Assembly (NCBI GenBank): GCA_019747795.1
Contig: JAIEQK010000163.1
Span: 2,088 to 66,087, forward strand
DNA length: 64,000 bases
Direction: 5' to 3'
DNA from: Gammaproteobacteria bacterium
GTDB lineage: Bacteria; Pseudomonadota; Gammaproteobacteria; Ga0077536
This document shows, piece by piece, positions 10,413-20,519 of this stretch. The translations under genes and the position numbers were made by a program. How positions within the stretch are numbered: the first letter of the stretch is position 1; each line of letters begins with the position of its first letter. The notes under the pieces were generated by a model, which saw nothing but the letters and a program-made list of their open reading frames with translations, was not told the origin of the DNA and did not search any database.

Positions 10413-12080
10413 ATGGCGGAAAGTTTCGCAGAATTATTCGAACAGAGTCAGGTCGCCGCCAAGATGCGGCCGGGCACCATCGTCAAGGGCATGATCGTCG
10501 AGATCCGCTCGGATTTCGTCGTCGTGAACGCCGGCCTGAAGAGCGAAGGCGTCATTCCGCTCGACCAGTTCCGCAACAATGCCGGTGACATCGACGTCAA
10601 GGTTGGTGACGAGGTCGACGTCGCGCTCGACGCGGTCGAGGACGGCTACGGCGAGACCCGCCTGTCGCGTGACAAGGCCAAGCGCGCCAAGGCCTGGGAA
10701 GAGCTCGAGAAGGCCTGCGAAACCAACGAAACCGTGGTCGGCATCATCAGCGACAAGGTCAAGGGCGGTTTCACCGTCGACATCAGCTCCATCCGCGCGT
10801 TCCTGCCCGGCTCCCTGGTCGACGTGCGCCCGGTGCGCGACACCAGCTACCTCGAAGGCAAGCCGCTCGAGTTCAAGGTCATCAAGGTCGATCGTCGTCG
10901 CAACAACGTCGTGGTCTCGCGCCGCGCCGTGGTGGAGAGCGAGAACTCGGCCGAGCGCGAGGCGCTGCTCGAAGGCCTGAACGAAGGCGCGGTGATCAAG
11001 GGCCTGGTCAAGAACCTCACCGACTACGGCGCGTTCATCGACCTCGGCGGCATCGACGGCCTGCTGCACATCACCGACATGGCCTGGCGCCGCGTCAAGC
11101 ATCCGTCCGAAGTGGTCAACATCGGCGACGAGATCGAAGTGAAGGTGCTGAAGTTCGACCGCGAGCGTCAGCGCGTGTCGCTGGGTCTCAAGCAGCTCGG
11201 TGACGACCCGTGGGTCGACATCGCGCGCCGCTACCCCGAGCACTCGCGCCTGTTCGGCAAAGTCTCGAACATCGCCGACTACGGCTGCTTCGTCGAGATC
11301 GAGGAAGGCGTGGAAGGCCTGGTGCACGTCTCCGAGATGGACTGGACCAACAAGAACGTGCATCCCTCCAAGGTCGTGCACCTCGGCGAAGAGGTCGAGG
11401 TCATGGTGCTGGACATCGACGAGGAGCGTCGCCGCATCTCGCTCGGCATGAAGCAGTGCCGGTCCAATCCCTGGGAAGAATTCGCAGCGACCCACAACAA
11501 GGGCGAGCGCGTGGTCGGCAAGATCAAGTCGATCACCGACTTCGGCATCTTCATCGGCCTGGAAGGCGGCATCGACGGCCTCGTCCACCTGTCGGATCTC
11601 TCCTGGGATCTGCCGGGCGAGGAAGTGGTACGCAACTACAAGAAGGGCGACGAGCTCGAGACCGTGGTGCTGGCGGTGGACGCGGAGCGCGAGCGCATCT
11701 CGCTCGGCGTGAAGCAGCTCGCCCAGGATCCCTTCTCCACCTACCTCGCGCAGCACGGCAAGGGCGCCGTGGTCAGCGGCAAGGTGGTGGCGGTGGACGC
11801 CAAGGGCGGCACGCTGGAACTCGCCGAGGGCGTCGAAGGCTCGATTCGCGCGTCGGAACTGTCCATCGACCCGGTGGACGACGCGCGCAAAGTGCTGCGC
11901 GAGGGTGAAACCATCGAGGCGCTGATCGTCGGTGTCGATCGCAAGCGTCGCGTGGTGAACCTCTCGATCAAGGCCAAGGAAAGCGAGGAAGAGGCAGCTG
12001 CCCTGCAGGAATACAGCGCCGACAACGAGGGTGGCCGCACCACCTTCGGTGACCTGTTGAAGGAACAGCTGGACAAGTAA
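10413..12080 (+). CDS. rpsA: 30S ribosomal protein S1
   Basis: The ATG at 10413 gives [12 protein letters not shown]...; there are six S1 repeats (for example [27 protein letters not shown]). The track ORF starts 25 codons earlier at 10338. Confidence 0.96.
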   Translation: MAESFAELFEQSQVAAKMRPGTIVKGMIVEIRSDFVVVNAGLKSEGVIPLDQFRNNAGDIDVKVGDEVDVALDAVEDGYGETRLSRDKAKRAKAWEELEKACETNETVVGIISDKVKGGFTVDISSIRAFLPGSLVDVRPVRDTSYLEGKPLEFKVIKVDRRRNNVVVSRRAVVESENSAEREALLEGLNEGAVIKGLVKNLTDYGAFIDLGGIDGLLHITDMAWRRVKHPSEVVNIGDEIEVKVLKFDRERQRVSLGLKQLGDDPWVDIARRYPEHSRLFGKVSNIADYGCFVEIEEGVEGLVHVSEMDWTNKNVHPSKVVHLGEEVEVMVLDIDEERRRISLGMKQCRSNPWEEFAATHNKGERVVGKIKSITDFGIFIGLEGGIDGLVHLSDLSWDLPGEEVVRNYKKGDELETVVLAVDAERERISLGVKQLAQDPFSTYLAQHGKGAVVSGKVVAVDAKGGTLELAEGVEGSIRASELSIDPVDDARKVLREGETIEALIVGVDRKRRVVNLSIKAKESEEEAAALQEYSADNEGGRTTFGDLLKEQLDK

Positions 12081-12145
12081 GCGGTCGCGGGCCGACGCGC
12101 GCGCTGCCCGCGCGTGCGTCGGCGCCTGCCTAGTCGAGAACAATA

Positions 12146-12523
12146 ATGACGAAGTCTGAATTGATCGAATCGCTGGTGCGCAAGCAGTCTCAGCTTGGCT
12201 ACCGTGACGTCGAGCTGGCGGTCAAGACCATGCTCGAACACATGGGCCAGACGCTCGCGACGGGGGAACGCATCGAGATTCGCGGCTTTGGCAGCTTCTC
12301 TCTCCATTACCGGCCGCCGCGCGTGGGACGCAATCCCAAGTCGGGCGATCCGGTGTCGCTGCCGGCCAAGTACGTGCCGCACTTCAAGCCGGGCAAGGAA
12401 CTGCGCGAGCGGGTCAACCTCGGCGCGGTCACCGCGCCGGAGATCAAGCTGGCACGGGACTACGATCCCGACACCGATGGCGACCTCGACAATGACCTGC
12501 TGGACGACGACGACGAGTCCTGA
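12146..12523 (+). CDS. ihfB: integration host factor subunit beta, with a ~30-aa acidic C-terminal extension
   Basis: MTKSELIE...[50 protein letters not shown] is the IHF-beta core. It is followed by ...[21 protein letters not shown]. Confidence 0.9.
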   Translation: MTKSELIESLVRKQSQLGYRDVELAVKTMLEHMGQTLATGERIEIRGFGSFSLHYRPPRVGRNPKSGDPVSLPAKYVPHFKPGKELRERVNLGAVTAPEIKLARDYDPDTDGDLDNDLLDDDDES

Positions 12524-12586
12524 GTCCGGCGGCTCCTCTTTCAGGCGCTCGGCGCGCGCGGCCTCGCGCGCGCAGGCCGCGGCGCG

Positions 12587-12886
12587 ATGACCATGACCCG
12601 CATCTTCTACCTGCTGGTCGCCCTCCTGGTGGCGGTGATCGGCATCCTGTTCCACGTGCGCAACCGCCAGACCGTGGCGCTCGACTACTTTGCAGGCAAG
12701 CTCGACGTGGAAGTCTCGCTGGTCGCGGTGGGCGCGCTCGCGCTCGGCGTCGCGCTCGGCCTCGTGGCGATGGCGAGCATCGTGTTCGGGCTCAAGCAGG
12801 AACTCCGGCGCCTCAAGCGTCGCCAGCAGATCACCACCCGCGAACTGGACAGCCTGCGCGCGCTCACCGCGAAAGATGTCACCTGA
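12587..12886 (+). CDS. lapA: lipopolysaccharide assembly protein LapA (YciS/DUF1049-like small membrane protein)
   Basis: 99 aa with two hydrophobic helices and a basic C-terminus. It lies immediately upstream of lapB and overlaps it, which is the usual arrangement. Confidence 0.7.
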   Translation: MTMTRIFYLLVALLVAVIGILFHVRNRQTVALDYFAGKLDVEVSLVAVGALALGVALGLVAMASIVFGLKQELRRLKRRQQITTRELDSLRALTAKDVT

Positions 12887-14060
12887 CTACCTGTTCGGCC
12901 TGGTGGTCTGCCTGCTGCCGGTGGCGGCCTGGTCCGGCTGGCTCATCGGTCGTCGCGATGCGCGACGCCAGCGACCGCGCGGCGCCGGCGGTTCGCTGCC
13001 GAGCGACTACATCCGCGGGCTGAACTTCCTGCTGAACGATCGGCCCGACAAGGCCATCGAAGTGTTCATCAAGGTGCTCGAGGTCGAAAGCGAGACGGTC
13101 GAGACCCATCTCGCGCTCGGCAACCTGTTCCGCCGTCGTGGCGAGGTCGATCGCGCCATCCGCATCCACCAGAACCTGGTCGCGCGGCCTACGCTGGAAT
13201 TCGATCAGCGCGCGCTGGCGCTCCTTGAACTGGGTCTCGACTACATGCGCTCGGGCCTGCTGGATCGCGCCGAGAGCCTGTTCAAGGAACTCCTCGAAAG
13301 TGGCGCGCACCAGCGCCAGGCCATCGATCACCTGGTCGACATCTACCAGCAGGAACGTGACTGGGACAAGGCGCTCGAGTACACCCAGCGGCTGGAGAAG
13401 CTCGGCAACACCGACCTGCGCGACCGCCGTGCGCATTTTCTCTGCGAGCAGGCCGAGGCGCTGCGCGCCGAAGGCAACGTCGAGGACGCGAGCGCGAAGC
13501 TGCGCCAGGCGCTGGCGGTGGACGACAAGTGCGTGCGCGCGAGCCTGATGCAGGCCAGGCTCGCCATGACCGCCGGCGCCTACGAGGCCGCCATCCGCCA
13601 CCTGCAGCGCATCGAGACGCAGAACGTGGCCTTCCTGCCGGAGGCCATCGCGCCGCTGGTCGAGTGCCATCGCGCGCTCGATCGCATTCCCGACCTGGTG
13701 TCCTACCTGGAACGCCTGGGGCGTCTGCGCACCGGCGTGACGCCGGTGCTGTCACTCGCCGAGATCCTGCACGAGCTGCAGGGACCAGAGGCCGCGCGCC
13801 AGCGCGTGGTGGAGGAACTGCGCCAGCGCCCGACGGTGCGCGGCATCGATCGTCTGCTCGAGTATTCCCTGGCGGGGGTCGAGGGTGAGGCGCGCGAGAA
13901 CCTCGCGCTGCTGAAGGAAGTCACCTCGCGGCTCATCGAGCAGAAACTGAACTACATGTGCGGCAAGTGCGGCTTCAAGGGCCGCTCGCTGCATTGGCAT
14001 TGCCCGAGCTGCAAGTCCTGGAACTCGGTCAAGCCCATTCACGGTCTCGAGGGCGAATGA
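12876..14060 (+). CDS. lapB: lipopolysaccharide assembly protein LapB (YciM; TPR + rubredoxin-type zinc finger)
   Basis: The ATG at 12876 gives [19 protein letters not shown] (N-terminal TM helix), TPR repeats, and the C-terminal CGKCGF...[10 protein letters not shown] zinc-finger motif. Confidence 0.88.
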   Translation: MSPDYLFGLVVCLLPVAAWSGWLIGRRDARRQRPRGAGGSLPSDYIRGLNFLLNDRPDKAIEVFIKVLEVESETVETHLALGNLFRRRGEVDRAIRIHQNLVARPTLEFDQRALALLELGLDYMRSGLLDRAESLFKELLESGAHQRQAIDHLVDIYQQERDWDKALEYTQRLEKLGNTDLRDRRAHFLCEQAEALRAEGNVEDASAKLRQALAVDDKCVRASLMQARLAMTAGAYEAAIRHLQRIETQNVAFLPEAIAPLVECHRALDRIPDLVSYLERLGRLRTGVTPVLSLAEILHELQGPEAARQRVVEELRQRPTVRGIDRLLEYSLAGVEGEARENLALLKEVTSRLIEQKLNYMCGKCGFKGRSLHWHCPSCKSWNSVKPIHGLEGE

Positions 14061-14118
14061 CCCTCTGACGTTTTCACGCCGGCGCGCGCGCCGGCCGGCT
14101 GCCGGATCCGCTACAGAC

Positions 14119-14835
14119 ATGCACACCCATGACAATGCCCTGATCGTCGCCCTCGATTTCGCCGATGCTCGCGCGGCGCTGGACTTCGCCGCGCGCCTCG
14201 ACCCCACGCAGTGCCGCGTGAAGGTCGGCAAGGAACTCTTCACCAGCGCGGGGCCCGCGGTGGTGCGTGAACTCGTGGCGCGCGGTTTCGCCGTGTTTCT
14301 CGATCTGAAGTTCCACGATATTCCGAACACCGTCGCCGGCGCGTGTCGCGCGGCGCGGGACCTGGGTTGCTGGATGCTGAACGTGCATGCCGCGGGCGGT
14401 CCGGCCATGCTCGAGGCCGCGCGCAAGGCGGTGGGCGAGGGATCGGACCGGCCGCTGCTGGTGGCCGTGACGGTGCTGACCAGCATGGACGAGGCGAACC
14501 TCGCCGCGGTCGGCGTCACGGGCGGCATCGCCGCCCAGGTCGCGCGTCTCGCCGCGCTCACCGAACAGGCCGGTCTCGACGGCGTGGTGTGCTCGCCGCT
14601 CGAAATCGCGGCGCTGCGCGCGTCCCGTGAACCGGACTTCAAGCTGGTGACACCGGGCGTGCGCCCCGCGGACAGCGCGGCCGACGACCAGGTGCGCATC
14701 GCTACGCCGGGCGCCGCCATCGCCGCGGGCGCGAGCTACCTGGTGGTCGGCCGGCCGGTGACCCAGGCGGTCGATCCGCAGGCGGCGCTCGCCGCCCTCA
14801 ATCGCGAGATCGCCGCGGCCCGCGCGGCCTCCTGA
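14119..14835 (+). CDS. pyrF: orotidine 5'-phosphate decarboxylase
   Basis: 238 aa. [27 protein letters not shown] and LVVGRPVT are OMP decarboxylase motifs. Confidence 0.92.
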   Translation: MHTHDNALIVALDFADARAALDFAARLDPTQCRVKVGKELFTSAGPAVVRELVARGFAVFLDLKFHDIPNTVAGACRAARDLGCWMLNVHAAGGPAMLEAARKAVGEGSDRPLLVAVTVLTSMDEANLAAVGVTGGIAAQVARLAALTEQAGLDGVVCSPLEIAALRASREPDFKLVTPGVRPADSAADDQVRIATPGAAIAAGASYLVVGRPVTQAVDPQAALAALNREIAAARAAS

Positions 14836-14848
14836 GCGCGGTCGAGGC

Positions 14849-17800
14849 TTGCATGTCATGAGCGAATCCTCGCGCCTCAGTCCGCTCGCACCCGCGCCGG
14901 TAGGCGCCCCCGGCACCACCACGCGCTGGTCGCGCCTGTATGGCTCGGCGCGCGCGCTGGCCATCGCCAACGCCGCGCAGAACAGCGCCGGGCCCGTGCT
15001 CCTGCTCGCGGCCGACGCGCAGGCGGCGGCCCGCTTCGAGGCGGAGTTCGCGTTCTTCGCGCCCGATCTGCCGCGCCTCGCGCTGCCGGACTGGGAGACC
15101 CTGCCCTACGATCGCTTCAGCCCCTACCAGGACATCACCTCGGAGCGCATCGCGACCTTGAGCGCGCTGCCGGGGCTCACGCGCGGCATCGTCATCGTCG
15201 CGGTGCAGACCGCCCTGCATCGCCTCGCGCCGCGCGCCTGGCTCGAAGGTCGCGCGTTCCGCCTGCGCAAGGGCGAGCGCCTCGATCGCGACGCCTTTCG
15301 GCGTCGCCTGGATGCGGCGGGCTATCGCGCCCAGTCGCAGGTCGCCGAGCACGGCGACTTCGCGGTGCGCGGCTCGGTGGTGGACGTGTTCCCCATGGGC
15401 AGCGACGCGCCGTTCCGCATCGACCTGTTCGATGATGAGATCGACACTCTGCGGTTGTTCGACCTGGACACTCAGCGCTCGACCGACGAGATAGACGCGG
15501 TCGAGGTGCTGCCGGCGCGCGAATTCCCGCTGGACGAAGCGGCGACCCGCGAATTCCGCCGCGCCTGGCGCGAGGAATTCGCGGGCAAGCCGCAGGAGTG
15601 CCCGGTCTACCAGGACGTCGGCGAGGGCCTCGCGCCCGCCGGTATCGAGTACTACCTGCCCTTGTTCTTCGATCAGTTGGACCTGCTCGGCGCCTACCTG
15701 CCGGCCGGCACGCTGGTGGTGCTGGACGAGACGGTGGGCCTCATGGCCGAGCGTTTCGCTGAGGCGGTGGCCGAGCGCTACGAATCGCTGCGCCACGATG
15801 TCGAACGCCCGCTGGTGAAGCCGACGCGGGTGTTCGCCGATCTCGCCGAACTGCTGGCGAGCTTCGCCGGTCATGCGCGGGTGCAAATCGCCGGGCTCGG
15901 CGACGAGGACGCCGAGAAGGTGGAGTTCGCCACCCACGTGCCGGTGCGTGTGCCGGTGGACGCGCGCGCCGCGACGCCCTTCGCGCTGCTCGGTGAACAC
16001 ATCGCGCGCTGCAGCGGGCGCGTGCTGCTGTTGGCCGATTCTCTGGGCAGACGCGAGAGCATGCTGGAAATGCTGCAGGCGCAGTCGTTTCGTCCGCGCG
16101 CCTACGACAGCTGGCAGGAGTTCCTCGCCGGTGACGCGCCGGTCGGCATCGCGGTCGCGGCGCTGTCCGACGGCGCCGAACTGGAGACTCCACGTCTTTC
16201 GCTGCTGACCGAGGGCCAGCTGTTCGGCGAGCGCGCGCAACAGCGCCGCCGACGCCGTGCGACCACCGACCAGGAAGCGGTGATCCGCAATCTCACCGAG
16301 CTCAGGCCCGGCGCGCCGGTGGTGCACGAGCAGCACGGTGTCGGGCGCTACCGCGGTCTCGAGGTGCTGACCGCCGGCGGCGTGACCAACGAATACATCA
16401 AGATCGAGTACGCCGACGGCGACAATCTCTACGTGCCGGTCAGCGCGCTCGATCGCATCAGCCGCTACTCGGGTGTCGACCCGGATCATGCGCCGCTGCA
16501 CAAGCTCGGCAGCGGGCAGTGGGAGAAGGCGCGGCGCAAGGCGCAGGAGAAGATTCGCGACGTGGCCGCGGAGCTTCTCGAGATCCACGCCCGCCGCGCG
16601 GCGCGCAAGGGCCATCGCTTCGCGCTCGACAAGTCGGGCTTCGCCGCGTTCGAAGCGGCCTTCCCCTTCGAAGAGACGCCCGACCAGCTGAACGCCATCC
16701 AGGCGGTCCTGGAGGACATGCAGCGCGAGCAGCCGATGGACAGGCTCATCTGCGGCGACGTCGGCTTCGGCAAGACCGAGGTCGCGATGCGCGCGGCCTT
16801 CGTCGCGGTCAACGATGGTCACCAGGTGGCCATCCTGGTACCGACCACGCTGCTTGCGCGTCAGCACTTCGAGAGCTTCAAGGATCGCTTCGCGGACTGG
16901 CCGGTGCGCATCGGCCAGCTGTCGCGCTTCGCCGACGCCAAGGAGACCAAGGCGACGCTTGCCGGTCTCGCCGACGGCACGGTCGACGTGGTGGTCGGGA
17001 CGCACAAGCTGCTCGGCAAGGAGGTCAAGTTCAAGCGGCTCGGCCTTTTGGTGATCGACGAGGAGCACCGCTTCGGCGTGCGCCAGAAGGAGCGCATCAA
17101 GGCGCTGCGCGCCGACATCGACATCCTGACGCTCACCGCCACGCCCATTCCGCGCACCTTGAATCTTGCGCTGTCCGGTACGCGCGAGCTGTCGATCATC
17201 GCCACCGCGCCGCAGCGGCGGCTCGCGATCAAGACCTTCGTGCGCGAGTGGTCGAACAACCTGCTGCGCGAGGCCATCCTGCGCGAGATCGGCCGCGGCG
17301 GGCAGGTGTACTTCGTGCACAACGAAGTGGAGAACATCCAGGAGATGGCGGCCACCATCGCCGAGATCGCGCCCGAGGCGCGCATCGGCGTGGCCCATGG
17401 CCAGATGCGCGAGAGCGAGCTCGAGCACGTGATGCTCGACTTCTATCACGGCCGCTGCAACGTGCTGTTGTGCACCACCATCATCGAAACCGGCATCGAC
17501 GTGCCGAACGCCAACACCATCATCATCAACCGCGCGGACAAGTTCGGTCTCGCGCAGCTCTACCAGCTGCGTGGTCGCGTGGGCCGTTCCCACCATCGCG
17601 CCTATGCCTACCTCGTGATCCCGCACCGCCGGGAGATCACCGCCGACGCGGTCAAGCGCCTGGAGGCGATCGAGTCGCTGGAGGACCTGGGCGTGGGATT
17701 CACGCTCGCGACCCACGACCTGGAGATCCGCGGCGCGGGCGAGATTCTCGGCGAAGAGCAGAGCGGCCAGATCCAGGAGATCGGCTTCGGTCTCTATTCC

Positions 17801-18316
17801 GAGCTGCTGAACCGCACGGTCGCGGCGTTGAAGGCCGGCCGCGGCATCGATCTCGACGAGGCGCTGGAAGCGCGCGTCGAGGTGGAGCTGCACGTCCCGG
17901 CGCTGCTGCCGGAGGACTACCTGCCCGACGTGCACACCCGGCTCATTCTCTACAAGCGCATCGCGAGCGCGCGCACCACCGCCGAACTGGATGACCTGCG
18001 CGAGGAGATCATCGATCGCTTCGGGCTGTTCGCTCCGCCGGTCGACAATCTCTTTCGTGTAACATCGTTCAAGCTCGAGGCCGAGGCGCTGGGCATACGG
18101 CGCATCGACCTGGGCGGACGCGGCGGACGCATCGAGTTCCACCCGCGGCCGAACATCGATCCCGCGCGGATCATCGAACTCATCCAGCGCGATCGCGCCT
18201 ACCGCCTCGATGGCCCGGAGAAGCTCAAGCTCGCCAAGGAACTGCCGGATGCCGAAGCCCGATTCGCCGAACTCGAGCAGCTGTTCCAGCGTCTCGGTCG
18301 CCGCCAGGCGGCCTGA
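14849..18316 (+). CDS. mfd: transcription-repair coupling factor
   Basis: 1155 aa with a UvrB-homology N-terminus, the CarD/RID segment PVVHEQHGVGRY, SF2 helicase motifs GDVGFGKTEVAMRAAF and DEEHRFGV, and a TRCF C-terminal domain. Confidence 0.96.
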   Translation: MHVMSESSRLSPLAPAPVGAPGTTTRWSRLYGSARALAIANAAQNSAGPVLLLAADAQAAARFEAEFAFFAPDLPRLALPDWETLPYDRFSPYQDITSERIATLSALPGLTRGIVIVAVQTALHRLAPRAWLEGRAFRLRKGERLDRDAFRRRLDAAGYRAQSQVAEHGDFAVRGSVVDVFPMGSDAPFRIDLFDDEIDTLRLFDLDTQRSTDEIDAVEVLPAREFPLDEAATREFRRAWREEFAGKPQECPVYQDVGEGLAPAGIEYYLPLFFDQLDLLGAYLPAGTLVVLDETVGLMAERFAEAVAERYESLRHDVERPLVKPTRVFADLAELLASFAGHARVQIAGLGDEDAEKVEFATHVPVRVPVDARAATPFALLGEHIARCSGRVLLLADSLGRRESMLEMLQAQSFRPRAYDSWQEFLAGDAPVGIAVAALSDGAELETPRLSLLTEGQLFGERAQQRRRRRATTDQEAVIRNLTELRPGAPVVHEQHGVGRYRGLEVLTAGGVTNEYIKIEYADGDNLYVPVSALDRISRYSGVDPDHAPLHKLGSGQWEKARRKAQEKIRDVAAELLEIHARRAARKGHRFALDKSGFAAFEAAFPFEETPDQLNAIQAVLEDMQREQPMDRLICGDVGFGKTEVAMRAAFVAVNDGHQVAILVPTTLLARQHFESFKDRFADWPVRIGQLSRFADAKETKATLAGLADGTVDVVVGTHKLLGKEVKFKRLGLLVIDEEHRFGVRQKERIKALRADIDILTLTATPIPRTLNLALSGTRELSIIATAPQRRLAIKTFVREWSNNLLREAILREIGRGGQVYFVHNEVENIQEMAATIAEIAPEARIGVAHGQMRESELEHVMLDFYHGRCNVLLCTTIIETGIDVPNANTIIINRADKFGLAQLYQLRGRVGRSHHRAYAYLVIPHRREITADAVKRLEAIESLEDLGVGFTLATHDLEIRGAGEILGEEQSGQIQEIGFGLYSELLNRTVAALKAGRGIDLDEALEARVEVELHVPALLPEDYLPDVHTRLILYKRIASARTTAELDDLREEIIDRFGLFAPPVDNLFRVTSFKLEAEALGIRRIDLGGRGGRIEFHPRPNIDPARIIELIQRDRAYRLDGPEKLKLAKELPDAEARFAELEQLFQRLGRRQAA

Positions 18317-18320
18317 GCGC

Positions 18321-19070
18321 GTGACGCGCGCGGCGTGCCTGCTGCTGGCGCTGCTGCTGTCCAGTGCCGCGGAGGCGCGCTGGTACCAGGTCGAGGTGGT
18401 GGTCTTTCGCCACCTGGTGGAATCCGCCACGGCTGCCGAGCAGTGGCCGGAGATGACGTCGCGCCCGGATTACGGGCAGAGCGTCGAACTCATCACCGAG
18501 ACCGAGCCGCCGGCCGCGACGCCGTCGCCCGACGCCGCCCCAGGCAATCAGCCGGTGCCCTTCTTCCTGCTCGACAAGCGCGAACGCGCGACGCTCGATC
18601 TCGAGCGCAAGCTACGCAACAGCAGCGAGTACGCGCCCATGCTGGCCGCCGCCTGGCGCCAGCCGAGCTACGGTGTCGGTGGCGCGAAGCGCGTGCATCT
18701 GTCCGATCTGCCGCCGACACCGCCCTCGGTCCCACCCGCTTCCAGCGCACCGGTGCTGGTGGATCCCGAGGCCGCCGCGCTCACCCCCAAGGTCGAAGGC
18801 GTGGTGGCGCTCAAGGTCGCGCGCCAGATGGGGGTGGACGTCGACTTCACCTTCGATCACGACGGCACGCCGGTCAGGCTGAAGGAGTCGCGCAGCCTCA
18901 GGCTGCGCGAAGTGCATTACTTCGACCACCCGCTGTTCGGCGTGCTGGTGCAGGTGCTGCCGTGGGTGCCGCCGGACGAAGACCCGGCCGCGAGCGCCGG
19001 CGCCGATGAGCCGGTGGACGAGGGCGAGGCCACGGGGCACAGCGACGAGGCGCCGGTGGAGCCGGATTGA
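18321..19070 (+). CDS. csiV: CsiV-family periplasmic protein (peptidoglycan-binding protein CsiV-like)
   Basis: The GTG at 18321 gives a signal peptide VTRAACLLLALLLSSAAEA followed by RWYQVEVVVFRH and the C-terminal EVHYFDHPLFGVLVQV motif. It lies directly downstream of mfd, as in other gammaproteobacteria. The track ORF start at 18210 lies inside mfd. Confidence 0.65.
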   Translation: MTRAACLLLALLLSSAAEARWYQVEVVVFRHLVESATAAEQWPEMTSRPDYGQSVELITETEPPAATPSPDAAPGNQPVPFFLLDKRERATLDLERKLRNSSEYAPMLAAAWRQPSYGVGGAKRVHLSDLPPTPPSVPPASSAPVLVDPEAAALTPKVEGVVALKVARQMGVDVDFTFDHDGTPVRLKESRSLRLREVHYFDHPLFGVLVQVLPWVPPDEDPAASAGADEPVDEGEATGHSDEAPVEPD

Positions 19071-19077
19071 TGTTGTG

Positions 19078-19136
19078 GAAATCGGGGACAGACCACGTTT
19101 GCGCGTTCCGCGCAGACGTGGTCTGTCCCCGATTTC
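19078..19136. repeat. 59-bp near-perfect palindrome (21-bp perfect outer stem plus 6-bp inner stem)
   Basis: GAAATCGGGGACAGACCACGT-t-TGCGCG-ttc-CGCGCA-g-ACGTGGTCTGTCCCCGATTTC. It starts 8 nt after the csiV stop and has no U-tract. Confidence 0.8.
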
Positions 19137-19151
19137 AGGAGCGCGGTTGCC

Positions 19152-19226
19152 CTGTAGGGCGGGTTTCAACCCGCCATGTAAGGATTCGACGAAGGCTTGA
19201 GAAGGCCGATTGAAATCGGCCCTACA
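19152..19226. repeat. REP doublet, variant stems
   Basis: The left unit is CTGTAGG-GCGGGTT-TC-AACCCGC-CATGTA (19152-19180). The right unit is GGCCGATT-GA-AATCGGCC-CTACA (19204-19226). They have the same head and loop as the canonical units but different self-complementary stems. Confidence 0.7.
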
Positions 19227-19962
19227 CGAGCCTCGCGCACAGCGCGGCGATGATGGTTCGCACCCTGCCCATCCCTTCCGCCAGCGCCGCTTCGATCTCC
19301 GCCATGGTGATCTCGCCGGTGGCGCGGCCGGCGGCGGCGTTCACCACCAGCGAGATGTTGGCGTAGTCGAGTCCCAGCTCACGCGCGAGGCCCGCTTCGG
19401 GCATTCCGGTCATGCCTACGATGGTGCAGCCGTCGCGCTCGAGCCTGTCGATCTCGGCTGCGGTCTCGAGCCGCGGCCCTTGCGTCGCGGCGTACACGCC
19501 ACGCCGCCGCACGGCGATGCCGGCGTCGTCCGCCGCGGCGAGCAGCGCGGCGCGTAAGGAGGGCGAGTAGGGCTCGGTGAAATCCACGTGCAACGGATGG
19601 GCCTGGGTGCCGTCCGAGTAGGTGTGTTCGCGACCGTAGGTGTAGTCGATCAGCTGGTCGGGAATGACTATCGTGCCGGTGCCCGCGGCGTACTCGATGC
19701 CGCCCACCGCGGCGGTCGCGACGATCGCCTGCACGCCGGCGTCGGCCAGCGCCGCGATGTTCGCGCGGTAGTTCACCTGGTGCGGCGGCAGGTGGTGATT
19801 GGCGCCGTGGCGCGGCAGGAACACGAGATCGAGACCGTGCAGCCGGCCGAGCGTCAGTGGCGCGGAGGGCGCGCCCCAGGCGGTCATCACCTGGCGCTGG
19901 CCCTGGGATTCGATGCCGGGCAGCGCGTACAGGCCGCTGCCGCCGATGATGCCGAGCTTCAT
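19222..19962 (-). CDS. mtnP: S-methyl-5'-thioadenosine / 5'-methylthioinosine phosphorylase (PNP/MTAP family)
   Basis: 246 aa. MKLGIIGGSGLY...FLPRHG..H..PPHQVNYRANI...ATAAVGG...GMTGMPEA are MTAP family motifs. The position downstream of mfd-csiV matches the pseudomonad MTI phosphorylase locus. Confidence 0.85.
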   Translation of the reverse strand: MKLGIIGGSGLYALPGIESQGQRQVMTAWGAPSAPLTLGRLHGLDLVFLPRHGANHHLPPHQVNYRANIAALADAGVQAIVATAAVGGIEYAAGTGTIVIPDQLIDYTYGREHTYSDGTQAHPLHVDFTEPYSPSLRAALLAAADDAGIAVRRRGVYAATQGPRLETAAEIDRLERDGCTIVGMTGMPEAGLARELGLDYANISLVVNAAAGRATGEITMAEIEAALAEGMGRVRTIIAALCARLV

Positions 19963-20519
19963 GCCGTGCCCTCGACCGCGAACACGCCCGGCGCGTTGCG
20001 CAGATAGGTCTTGTAGTCCATGCCGCAGCCGAACAGGTAGGCGTCAGGGAGCGTCAGCGCGGAGAAGTCCGCGTGTTTCAGGCCGGGACGCGCGACGATG
20101 GTCTTGGTCACCAGCACCGCGGTCAGCACTTCCGCCGCGCCGAGCGCGCGGCACTCGTCCGCCAGCGCCGCCAGGGTCACGCCGTGATCGAGGATGTCAT
20201 CGACCAGCAGCACGCTGCGGCCGGCGATGCCTATCGGTGGTCGTCTGATCCAGGTGATGGCGCCGCCGCTGGTCGCCGCGCCGTAGCGCGTCAGGTGCAC
20301 GTAGTCGACCTGCAGCGGGAAATCGAGACGTTCGAGCAACAGGCCGAGCGGCATCGCGCCGCCCGTCATCACGCACAAGAGGAGTGGATTGGCGTTCGCC
20401 AGCCGCGCGGTGATGGCCGCGGCCATCGCGTCGCAGCCGCGCGCCACCTCGTCCAGGGTGGCGAGGCAGCGTGCCTTGCGCCTGACCTCTTCGACTTCGG
20501 CCAGCGAGACTTCAGCCAC
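19959..20519 (-). CDS. hpt: hypoxanthine-guanine phosphoribosyltransferase
   Basis: 186 aa with a GTG start and the PRPP-binding motif SVLLVDDILDHGVTL. The stop overlaps the mtnP start (ATGA). Confidence 0.85.
   Translation of the reverse strand: MAEVSLAEVEEVRRKARCLATLDEVARGCDAMAAAITARLANANPLLLCVMTGGAMPLGLLLERLDFPLQVDYVHLTRYGAATSGGAITWIRRPPIGIAGRSVLLVDDILDHGVTLAALADECRALGAAEVLTAVLVTKTIVARPGLKHADFSALTLPDAYLFGCGMDYKTYLRNAPGVFAVEGTA

Noticed and set aside
14078-14095. The 18-bp all-GC perfect palindrome GCCGGCGCGCGCGCCGGC between lapB and pyrF, as a possible terminator.
   Set aside because: It has no loop and no U-tract. Such GC palindromes arise easily in this base composition.
14798-18430. 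A 1210-aa ORF antisense to mfd. Similar long antisense ORFs lie at 20389-24576 (1395 aa, opposite cyaA), 8802-10256, 10434-12143, 3585-4733, 27315-29663, 56286-58289 and 51237-52988.
   Set aside because: Each lies opposite a gene with unmistakable conserved motifs. Their translations are Arg/Ala/Gly/His-rich low-complexity strings with no recognisable domains. In GC3-saturated genomes the antisense frames are depleted of stop codons, so long open frames are expected by chance.
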